A program made the position numbers and the translations under genes. A stretch of 64,000 nucleotides of DNA from Candidatus Bathyarchaeota archaeon (lineage in GTDB: Archaea; Thermoproteota; Bathyarchaeia; Bathyarchaeales; Bathycorpusculaceae): NCBI GenBank assembly GCA_026014595.1, contig JAOZHY010000029.1:7135-71134 (forward strand), in the 5' to 3' direction. Below are positions 56,262 through 64,000 of the stretch, piece by piece; the stretch's first letter is position 1; each line of letters begins with the position of its first letter. The notes below the pieces were generated by a model. It saw nothing but the letters and a program-made list of their open reading frames with translations, ran no database searches and was not told where the DNA came from.

Positions 56262-58364
56262 ATGTGGTTGAACAAAAAAGCCGCCACCTTCATACTCATA
56301 GTTATGATGAGCGCTGCAATTCTTTTCATGCCGCTCACGATGGTTGCTGGTCAACTTGGCGTGTCTATAATTCAAGTCACTCCTTCAAGCCTCTCTGGAA
56401 CGGTTGGCCAAACGGTTCATGTTGAAGGCACTATAAACACTTCGAATGGTACATATCAACTGTTTTTCGGCAGCAATCTCGTCGCTGACAAGACAGCGGA
56501 AGGGTTCTACGTGAACGCTACTTTCGCGGTACCTGAACTCCCTGGCGGAAGCTACACGTTAACGCTGAGAGATGTGAAACAAAACGTCAACGACACTAAA
56601 GAGTTTAATGTGCAAACCACATATTCTGTGAAAGCGCTTGTCCCTTCAGCACCCACGCTGTTGCAAGAGGGAAGCACCGTAACCTTGAATGTCAGCGTCA
56701 CAGGAGGACCGGCGAGTACAGCCGTGAACCCTGAGATAACCGTTATGCTTCCAGATCCTTTGAACACTAACTATTCGAAGGTAATCCCGCTTACAACTAG
56801 CGCGAAGGGAACAGCCCAAACAGAGTTAACTTTTCCAGACCCCAGTTTTCAACCTGAAGGCTCACTTACCAATTACGCAGGCACATACCGAGTCTATTTC
56901 AACCAGACTCAGCAGCTGGCATCAGACCAATTTTTCATAGGTTTCACAGCCTTAAACTCTTATCACAGAGGACAGTCCGTGGCAATGCGCGCAATCGGTT
57001 ATGTGCCGAACCAGGAAGCAACCATAACAATCACATCCGTTGAGACTAGTTCTGTTGTTCATTCAGCAGCAGCGACTGCTTCAAGCGACGGCATAATCAC
57101 CTCCTCTTGGACCGTCCCATCAAACGCTGTGATAGGCGACTACAACATAACCATAACTCCCCAGAACACGCCTAAGCTTGTACCCGACAGCCAGCTTATC
57201 ACTGTTCCAGGCTACACAGTCACTATCAAGGCTCTAAACCTAGCCAGCGAGCCAGTACCCGAAATAGCGCTTGAAGCACTTGATGAAGCCACAAACAAGA
57301 TATACGACGCAACAACTGGGTTTGATGGAAAAGCCTCGGTAAACCTTGAAAGCGGCAACCACACAGTAACCGCGTTCTGGAACGATGTTCAAGTCGGCGA
57401 AATAAAGGTGTCAGTAACAGGCGAGAACTCATTCACCTTGACTTGTGAATTAACCAACCTCAAAATAACCGTTCAAAACGAAGATGGCTTTACGCTTCCA
57501 TTTGTCCAAATAGACGTAACGTATCAATACGTGACAACGAAGAACGGTCAGACAAAAACTGGAAGCGCCTCGGGGCAAACGGGTCTTTCAGGAACCTATG
57601 TCTTAAACTCAACCCTTCCAGGGATAAGCTACACCGTCAACGCTTCTCTCTACGGCATAGTTTTCAACGCTGGCAACAAAACCATCCCCAATCTTCCAAC
57701 GCAACCAGTTTCCGAAGCAGTGGTGATATGTCCAAGCTATGCCTTTGCGTTAAAGGTGACAGGTTACACGCGAGCAGCCATTCCAAATGCACGATTGGAG
57801 CTTGTAGAAGTCACTAACGGGTTATTCCATGGCGGTGCAACCGACAATTCAGGAAACGCAAACGTTAACGTTACTTTCGGCAAGTACAGGGTACGGGTTT
57901 ACGCAGAAAACGTCTTATTGAACGAGACAGTCATCGAAGTTTTCGGCAACACCCAAAGCGAAATACGCTGCACTCTGTACGATATTCAGGTATCGGTTAA
58001 AGTGGTTGACTACTTCGGGCAACCCATCTCTAACGTACATGTCATAATTAATGGTCCTGGAACGGAGAAACTGTCAGCCAACACTCAAGCTGGCGGAATA
58101 GCAACCTTTAACAACATCATAGGAGGCAGCATGCAGGTGATCGCTTATCCAGCAGGGATGGAGAATTCCTACGAAGCCGTGAACGTTAAAGTTGAAGCGC
58201 CAACGACTATACAGATCAAAATGGCAAAGTACATCCTTTTGGGGCCATTCCTGATGGAAGCAAGCGTCCTCGTAACTATACTTCTGATTGCCGCAGCAAT
58301 AGTCCTGTTTCTCCTCATTGAAGTTTACCGTCGAAGAAAAGCCAAATCTCGTAAAACGAGCTAA
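56262..58364 (+). CDS. large surface protein with Ig-like/carboxypeptidase-regulatory-like repeats and C-terminal TM anchor
   Basis: Signal peptide, Thr/Val-rich beta repeats, many N-x-S/T sequons, TM plus RRRKAKSRK; start approximate. Confidence 0.8.
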   Translation: MWLNKKAATFILIVMMSAAILFMPLTMVAGQLGVSIIQVTPSSLSGTVGQTVHVEGTINTSNGTYQLFFGSNLVADKTAEGFYVNATFAVPELPGGSYTLTLRDVKQNVNDTKEFNVQTTYSVKALVPSAPTLLQEGSTVTLNVSVTGGPASTAVNPEITVMLPDPLNTNYSKVIPLTTSAKGTAQTELTFPDPSFQPEGSLTNYAGTYRVYFNQTQQLASDQFFIGFTALNSYHRGQSVAMRAIGYVPNQEATITITSVETSSVVHSAAATASSDGIITSSWTVPSNAVIGDYNITITPQNTPKLVPDSQLITVPGYTVTIKALNLASEPVPEIALEALDEATNKIYDATTGFDGKASVNLESGNHTVTAFWNDVQVGEIKVSVTGENSFTLTCELTNLKITVQNEDGFTLPFVQIDVTYQYVTTKNGQTKTGSASGQTGLSGTYVLNSTLPGISYTVNASLYGIVFNAGNKTIPNLPTQPVSEAVVICPSYAFALKVTGYTRAAIPNARLELVEVTNGLFHGGATDNSGNANVNVTFGKYRVRVYAENVLLNETVIEVFGNTQSEIRCTLYDIQVSVKVVDYFGQPISNVHVIINGPGTEKLSANTQAGGIATFNNIIGGSMQVIAYPAGMENSYEAVNVKVEAPTTIQIKMAKYILLGPFLMEASVLVTILLIAAAIVLFLLIEVYRRRKAKSRKTS

Positions 58365-58480
58365 ATGGACAATCCTGAGTTTGGAATAAAAAAGTTTATA
58401 TGGATTCCTCGAGAAATAGGTTTTCTGGGAATGCAACGCAAATCAATTGAATTTTGACAAGTAAAATAGAGGTGTATCTG

Positions 58481-58768
58481 TTGGCTCAAGCAAAAGCTTG
58501 TTCTCCCACATGTCCATCGTTCAAATGCGCAAAAAACTCTGCTTTCTTCCGCCGCGATACAGTGTGGTGCAGGTGGACTGAAGAAATGTGCAACGTAGCA
58601 AACTGCAGCTACGCCTTATGTGTCAAGAGGCGATTGCTGCCGAGAGGAATATGCGGAGAAACCGTAAGACGCCAAACTATCGAAAGAGCCCCAGAAGAGG
58701 TTATCGGACAACCAGTGAGGCTTCGGGGAAAAGCGCTGCGCAAAATTGGAGACCGAGAAATATTCTAA
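58481..58768 (+). CDS. Cys-rich hypothetical protein
   Basis: C.PTC..FKC...WCRW...C....CSYA.C......G.C; GAGGTG SD before TTG 58481. Confidence 0.75.
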   Translation: MAQAKACSPTCPSFKCAKNSAFFRRDTVWCRWTEEMCNVANCSYALCVKRRLLPRGICGETVRRQTIERAPEEVIGQPVRLRGKALRKIGDREIF

Positions 58769-58827
58769 AATAGCACACGCAAAATTGAGAAACACTCGTG
58801 AATTGTGGGGTTTTCTTTAACCCCTCT

Positions 58828-58989
58828 TTATCTAGCTTGCACCCGTTTAACCACTGGCGGCTTTACCTTTTTCAGAATCCTGTAGCCGCAGATTATGCAT
58901 TTCGTTTCTCCACCGCGCATTTCCAGCTCTTCAGCCGGAACCCTCGCGCCGCACCTCATACATTCATAAACAATTCCAGACTTTTCCAT
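58828..58989 (-). CDS. rpoP: DNA-directed RNA polymerase subunit P (Rpo12; below ORF-track cutoff)
   Basis: Manual translation MEKSGIVYECMRCGARV...KCIICGYRILKKVKPPVVKRVQAR. Confidence 0.93.
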   Translation of the reverse strand: MEKSGIVYECMRCGARVPAEELEMRGGETKCIICGYRILKKVKPPVVKRVQAR

Positions 58990-59069
58990 GGAAACTACCT
59001 GCCCTACAAAGAAAAAGGTATTTTGCTTTTAAACGTTTCCAATAATCTTCAGTCAGCGAAGGATGAAAT

Positions 59070-59933
59070 TTGAGGAAACGGTTACGCAAAACGCTTTCCA
59101 GTATTCTTTCTTCTGGAGACCTGAGCAATGTTTACAATTCCTTTGACGTCGTAGGCGACATTGCAATAATCAAATTGCCTTGCGCTTCGTCCGTAGAGGC
59201 TCAAACCGCCGCAAAAGCAATAATGAGCGTCCACAGGAACGTGAAGACGGTTTTGCTTCAAGCAAGCCCTGTGGCTGGAGAACTCAGACTCCGCGGCTTA
59301 ACTCATGTGGCTGGTGAGAACAAAACACGCACGGTTCACAGGGAATTCGGCTGCCTCTTCTCTGTTGATGTGGCAGAATGCTATTTTTCGCCCAGGCTTT
59401 CCCATGAAAGAATGCGCATCGCAAGATTGGTCAAGCCCGATGAGACCGTCGTTAACATGTTCGCGGGCGTCGGTTGCTTCTCCATAATAATCGCCAAACA
59501 CTCGAAGGTAGCGAAGGTGTTTTCCATAGACCTCAACCCCGCGGCTGTCAGGTTCATGCAGGAGAACATCAGGCTGAACCGAGTTTACGACAAGGTGACG
59601 CCGCTGCTGGGTGACTCAAAAGACATCATCAACCGCCAACTGCGGCACGTGGCTGACCGCGTTCTGATGCCTCTGCCCGAGAAAGCCCTCGCGTATTTGC
59701 CCTGCGCTGTTTCCGCGCTGAAGTCGTCGGGAGGATGGATACACTACCACGGTTTCGAGCATGCTGCCAAAACCGAAAGCCCCACCGAGAAGGTTAAGCT
59801 GAAGGTGGCGGCGACTCTTGACTCTTTGGGTGTGGCGTTTGAGGTGCCCTTCGTCTGCATCGTGAGAAGTACAGGTCCAAACTGGTACCAGCTCGCCGCT
59901 GACATACATGTTATGTTTTCCCAAGTTAAATAG
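59070..59933 (+). CDS. Trm5/TYW2-family tRNA methyltransferase
   Basis: DVVGDIAII, YFSPRL..ER, MFAGVG.F, DLNP, ADRVLMPLP. Confidence 0.88.
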   Translation: MRKRLRKTLSSILSSGDLSNVYNSFDVVGDIAIIKLPCASSVEAQTAAKAIMSVHRNVKTVLLQASPVAGELRLRGLTHVAGENKTRTVHREFGCLFSVDVAECYFSPRLSHERMRIARLVKPDETVVNMFAGVGCFSIIIAKHSKVAKVFSIDLNPAAVRFMQENIRLNRVYDKVTPLLGDSKDIINRQLRHVADRVLMPLPEKALAYLPCAVSALKSSGGWIHYHGFEHAAKTESPTEKVKLKVAATLDSLGVAFEVPFVCIVRSTGPNWYQLAADIHVMFSQVK

Positions 59934-59979
59934 GAATGCTGATAAGGAAAAGCGCATACTTAGACAGAAGGCGAAAAAT

Positions 59980-61000
59980 CATGTCCAAAACTTACAACAT
60001 CGCGGTGCTCAAAGGCGACGGCATAGGACCCGAAGTCACGGACGCAGCCGTGAAGGTTCTCCAAGCCGCACAGGACGCCACAGGAATCAAACTTAACTTT
60101 CTCTACGGCGAAGCAGGCTACCACTGTATAGCCGAGTCCGGCACCAACTTGCCCAAAGAAACGATTGAGATGCTGAAGAAAACCGACGCTTGCCTCAAGG
60201 GACCCATGACTACTCCCGAGGAACCGGGCGCACCAGTCAGCGTAGCCGTGCAGATACGGAAAACCTTCAACCTGTATGCCAACGTTAGGCCCTGCAGAAC
60301 TTACCCGAACGTGGAAGCCCTGAAGCCCGACATCGACTTAGTGGTGGTGCGGGAAAACACGGAAGGCATGTACTCTGGAGTTGAGTACGAGGTCTCTCCG
60401 GGCGTCGGCGTGGCGATGCGCATAATCACGCGAGAAGCCTCGTTGCGGGTTGCGGAGTATGCGTTTAAGCTAGCGGAGAAACGGAGAAGACACCTTACCT
60501 ACGTGCATAAGGGCAACATCCTGCGGTTGACAGACGGCATATTCAAAGATGCTGTGAAAGCCACTGCACAGCGGCATCCAAACGTCACGGTCGACGACAT
60601 CCACATCGACGCGGCAGCTATGCATCTCATCAAAAAACCCGAAACCTTCGACGTCATAGTCACCACCAACCTCTTCGGCGACGTGCTCTCCGACGAGGCA
60701 GCGCAGGTCACGGGAAGCTTGGGCTTGGCGGCAGGCGCAAACATAGGCGACAATTACGGCATGTTCGAGCCCGTCCACGGTTCGGCGCCGAAGTACACGG
60801 GCATGAACCGCGTGAACCCAACCGCCACCATACTGGCATCGCAGATGATGCTTGATTATCTTGGCGAGAAGGAAGCGGCAGGGAAAATTGAGGAAGCAGT
60901 GCTTGCTGTGCTGCGGAAAGGGAAAGTGCGGACTGCTGATTTGGGCGGTTCATCCACCACCCGCGAGATGAGCGACGCCATAGCAGCCAAAATCCGCTAA
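59980..61000 (+). CDS. isocitrate/isopropylmalate dehydrogenase family protein (LeuB/AksF-like)
   Basis: GDGIGPEV, VRENTEG, HKGN, NLFGDVLSD, FEPVHGSAP. Confidence 0.92.
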
Positions 61001-61833
61001 GCGATTTTGACGAATGTGGACGAATCTACGTGAACTTCGAAGCCGCCGTTCTGGGCTGCCTTAACCCTCGCATTCACCAACTGCACAACAGCGTTCACCT
61101 TCAAGGTTTTTTCCAGTTCTTCCGCCTTCTCGTTCCAAGCAACCACGGCAACTTCGCCCGTGTCATCCGCAAGCGTGAACCGCAGCACCATTCCCGTGCT
61201 ATCGTCGCTTCTCGTGAAGGTTGACAAGGAAAAAACCGCCTTCACCCTGCCCACAAGATGGATGCCGTTCTGGGTTTCGGATACATCACGGATTTTCGTG
61301 GCGAACCTGCCGAGGCAGGGGTAATCTTCAGCGTTTACGCCTTCGGGGTCGATCTGGATGGAGCTTTTGCTGCCCATGTGCAACTCCACTTTGCCAGCGC
61401 GGTCTTCACGCGTGTAACCATGCGCGAACCGTGCGACCTGTCCAGCCTTCAGCGCGCCTGACTCGACAGGGCTGACCTTGTCGTTCCACAACATAACGCG
61501 CAGCACGCCACTTGCGTCGGCGATCATCAGGCTGGCGTATTTTCCCGATGTTTTTCCCTCAAAAGTTCTTGGCGGAAAAACCGCGATTATGCGCCCTGCA
61601 ACGGTGACGTCGTTCAAGCCCGCAATCAGGCGGTTGATGGGCAGTTCGCGGCTGTGTGCTTTAGCATTGGAGGTTTCGACACCGTATTTGGCGGCGACCA
61701 GCCGCAGCAGCGTGGCGTCGGCTATCAGTCCGCCTGTCCTGTCTCGCTCAGTTGCCAGCGCTTCAAGTATCTGTTCTCGGCTGATTTCTGGACGTTTCTG
61801 CAGGATTTGCTGGATTATCTGGTCGGTGCTCAT
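60997..61833 (-). CDS. replication protein A-like ssDNA-binding protein (two OB folds)
   Basis: N-terminal GGLI helical domain; two AD.TG...V..W OB folds. Confidence 0.85.
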   Translation of the reverse strand: MSTDQIIQQILQKRPEISREQILEALATERDRTGGLIADATLLRLVAAKYGVETSNAKAHSRELPINRLIAGLNDVTVAGRIIAVFPPRTFEGKTSGKYASLMIADASGVLRVMLWNDKVSPVESGALKAGQVARFAHGYTREDRAGKVELHMGSKSSIQIDPEGVNAEDYPCLGRFATKIRDVSETQNGIHLVGRVKAVFSLSTFTRSDDSTGMVLRFTLADDTGEVAVVAWNEKAEELEKTLKVNAVVQLVNARVKAAQNGGFEVHVDSSTFVKIA

Positions 61834-61954
61834 CCTTTCGGCGCCGTCTCGATTTAGGATGAGGCGTGTTTTAAGTTTTTGCGTTGGGCACGCTTAGGCT
61901 GCAGGTTTATTAAAAACAGCGTTCACCATTCATAAGTGAGCGTGGACTGAGAAA

Positions 61955-62224
61955 GTGACTGGCGCGGAGGCTCTTTACGCTGTCGGCTTCGCGTTGATTT
62001 TCATCGGAGTACTCGTAATCATCGTCGCGATTATTGCCGCGTCGGTTTTGGGCGCTAAGAAAGGGAAAAGCAAGGTGAAGGCTGGTGGCGCAGTGATAAT
62101 CGGTCCTGTTCCCATAATTTTCGGCACCGACAAAAAGTCGCTTAAGACTGTTCTGCTGCTTTCCATGGCGCTTACCGTGCTGCTTATAGTTGCCATGGTT
62201 GTTTACTACTTTCTGTTCAGGTGA
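61955..62224 (+). CDS. DUF131-family membrane protein
   Basis: GGAVIIGPVPIIFGTD. Confidence 0.85.
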   Translation: MTGAEALYAVGFALIFIGVLVIIVAIIAASVLGAKKGKSKVKAGGAVIIGPVPIIFGTDKKSLKTVLLLSMALTVLLIVAMVVYYFLFR

Positions 62225-62230
62225 CGCGCG

Positions 62231-62548
62231 ATGGCGTATGCATTTGAGAAATCGGATGAAACTGCCGCGGAAAAAGGAGTCACGATTTATAGCAGGCTTT
62301 TCCTGTTCCTGATTCTGGGCTTTGCAATGATTTTCATCGGCGTACTGCTCATAGTTGTTGCTTCGGTGCTTTCCGGCGGCGCTGAGGCGGCGAGCGTTGG
62401 CGCGGTTATTTTTATCGGTCCGTTTCCGATAGTAATTGGTGCTGGTCCCGACATGACCTTTTTGATTGTTGTCGGCGTGGTCCTCGCGGTTCTGAGCGTC
62501 GTGATTCTTCTGATTTTGTGCAGAAAGGTTGGGCGGTACGTCTTTTAG
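62231..62548 (+). CDS. DUF131-family membrane protein (second copy)
   Basis: GAVIFIGPFPIVIGAG. Confidence 0.82.
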   Translation: MAYAFEKSDETAAEKGVTIYSRLFLFLILGFAMIFIGVLLIVVASVLSGGAEAASVGAVIFIGPFPIVIGAGPDMTFLIVVGVVLAVLSVVILLILCRKVGRYVF

Positions 62549-62676
62549 GTTTTCGGAGCTGTTGCTTGCTCTTCTTCTTTGCCGTAGAAAGAGTACAGGA
62601 ATATAAGAATCAGAGCTACGAAGGTTGATGCCATGAGGACGTATTCCAGTGTTATGAAGTATGCAGTTAAGTCCAT
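62545..62676 (-). CDS. 43-aa single-TM small protein (not in ORF track)
   Basis: MDLTAYFITLEYVLMASTFVALILIFLYSFYGKEEEQATAPKT; GAGGAG 7 nt upstream of ATG. Confidence 0.65.
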   Translation of the reverse strand: MDLTAYFITLEYVLMASTFVALILIFLYSFYGKEEEQATAPKT

Positions 62677-62718
62677 TGCGGTTCTCCTCTGTGTTTGCTT
62701 ATTGTATGGTTTTAATAT

Positions 62719-63129
62719 TTAAGCAGTAGGTTTTTTCCACTCATCCATCAACGTGTTGTAGAGTTCGTCGTTTTCTTCGAGGGTTTCGTACCAGCCGAGG
62801 TTGCGGGCGATTTTCTGCGCGATGAGGTGGTAGCAGAGGTGGATTTTCTTATCTAGGACGCGGAAGTAGAAGTCGTCACAGGAGCAGAATTCGGCTTCGG
62901 GCATGATGAGGTAGTCTCGTTCTCTGCCGATGACTATCCAGACTGTTCTGCCGCTGGGCTTGAAAACATACTTCTTAACCCTGTTTTCTTTTAGTGCAGC
63001 AAGGGCTTTTGTGAATCGTTGACCGAAAAGCTCGTAGAGTTCCGTCAGGTTCTTGCCGGAAAGCTTGCCCTCTGCTTTTGCTTCGCGGCAGATTGCGTTT
63101 AGCGTGTCGATTTCGTTGATGTCAGCCAT
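62719..63129 (-). CDS. SWIM zinc-finger protein
   Basis: FCSCDDF...CYHLIA (CxC-xn-CxH). Confidence 0.88.
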   Translation of the reverse strand: MADINEIDTLNAICREAKAEGKLSGKNLTELYELFGQRFTKALAALKENRVKKYVFKPSGRTVWIVIGRERDYLIMPEAEFCSCDDFYFRVLDKKIHLCYHLIAQKIARNLGWYETLEENDELYNTLMDEWKKPTA

Positions 63130-63164
63130 TTTGAGGGCACGAGCTTTCCAAAAAAACGCGTGGT

Positions 63165-63764
63165 TTAGCCTATGTCGATTCGTTCGCCTTTAGGCTGTTT
63201 GGGGGCTTCGGCTTTGGGGAAGACGACTTCCAAGACGCCGTTCTTGTATGTTGATTTTGCTTCTTTCACCTTGACTTTGACAGGCAACGCGACATCCTTA
63301 TAGTACTTGTACTGGGGTGTGTCCACAGAAATCGTGAGCGAGTCTTCTGTGCCGTGAAGTTTGATGTCTGTTTTCTCCACGCCCGGCAGCTCCGCGACCA
63401 CGCGTACTTCGCTGTCTGTTTCAACAATGTCCACGAGCGGTTCACGCTCCTCTTTAACCTCAGGACCTTTAAGCGATTTTTTGATGTTGCCAAACTCTTG
63501 GATTTCAGGTTTGCCGTCAGGTCCAATTCTCATGCTATAGCCGTACACGAAAGGCCCAAATTCCTTGACGGTGCTACCGTCTGGAAGCTTGCGTTCTTTC
63601 ACGTAGTCTTTGGGGACATTTTCTGAGAACTTCTTGAACTCTTCCTCCATCATTCTCTCCATTTCGCTGAACATGCGGTCGATGTCGCCGAAAAACGGGT
63701 CGCTACTGAAAGGTCTGCGTCTTCGCTTGTACCATTCTGGATAATCTTCATCGTCTGATGACAT
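63165..63764 (-). CDS. hsp20: small heat shock protein Hsp20
   Basis: GPFVYGYS..IGPDGKP, AELPGV, YKNGVLEV, C-terminal IxI. Confidence 0.94.
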   Translation of the reverse strand: MSSDDEDYPEWYKRRRRPFSSDPFFGDIDRMFSEMERMMEEEFKKFSENVPKDYVKERKLPDGSTVKEFGPFVYGYSMRIGPDGKPEIQEFGNIKKSLKGPEVKEEREPLVDIVETDSEVRVVAELPGVEKTDIKLHGTEDSLTISVDTPQYKYYKDVALPVKVKVKEAKSTYKNGVLEVVFPKAEAPKQPKGERIDIG

Positions 63765-63898
63765 AATTCTTCACCTTGTAATGTTGACTTGACGGCTTTC
63801 TATAAATTTTGTGCTCACCTCTGACTCCTACAAACTATGAACTTAAACGCTTAATCGATAGAAGCACCTTTTTGAGAACTACTATACATATCGCAGTC

Positions 63899-63988
63899 TA
63901 TTTGCCGCCTATTAGTGGTTGGTTGCAGAAAACTATAGAGGGGTAGGGTCGTATTCGCTTTTTCAGGCACCAAAAGCATGCAGAAAAC
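63899..63988 (+). repeat. dispersed ~90-bp intergenic repeat, copy D
   Basis: TATTTGCCGCCTATTAGTGGTTGGTTGCAGAAAACTATAGAGGGGTAGGGTCG...CCAAAAGCATGCAGAAAAC. Confidence 0.92.
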
Positions 63989-64000
63989 AGTAGAGACCTA

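Overview
Archaeal chromosomal window. Gene content is TACK-like and most consistent with Bathyarchaeia (inference). It opens with part of the ribosomal superoperon (rpl22-rps3-rpl29-rnp1-rps17-rpl14-rpl24-rps4e), then a VapBC-type pair, hydrogenase maturation genes (hypE, hypD, hypC, hypF), an acyl-CoA ligase and a TraX-family protein. A ~17 kb accessory block (12.0-29.4 kb) follows: SecB-like and other unknown proteins, a NitrOD5/DUF3227-like protein, a MoxR/CbbQ AAA+ and VWA pair, a TrmB regulator, a membrane-anchored beta-propeller and a 9-gene type IV pilus-like operon with two tandem major pilins. The remainder is mostly housekeeping: pgk, class I gap, gar1-tfb, a Cren7-like/coiled-coil protein, rpl40e, alba, aspS, cofD, moaE, rps3ae, serS, ribK, acdA, cofE-like, rfcL/S, nfi, translin, taw1, rpoP, trm5, leuB-like, RPA and hsp20. 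The two most notable items are (1) a dispersed, modular ~90-bp non-coding repeat family with 4 full copies plus partial modules, in two subtypes that differ by an apparent hairpin-loop micro-inversion, and (2) the pilus locus linked to a MoxR/VWA, TrmB and TraX module with a shared palindromic upstream motif. No tRNA, rRNA, CRISPR array or transposase was recognised. All family assignments come from motif recognition by eye, not from database searches.
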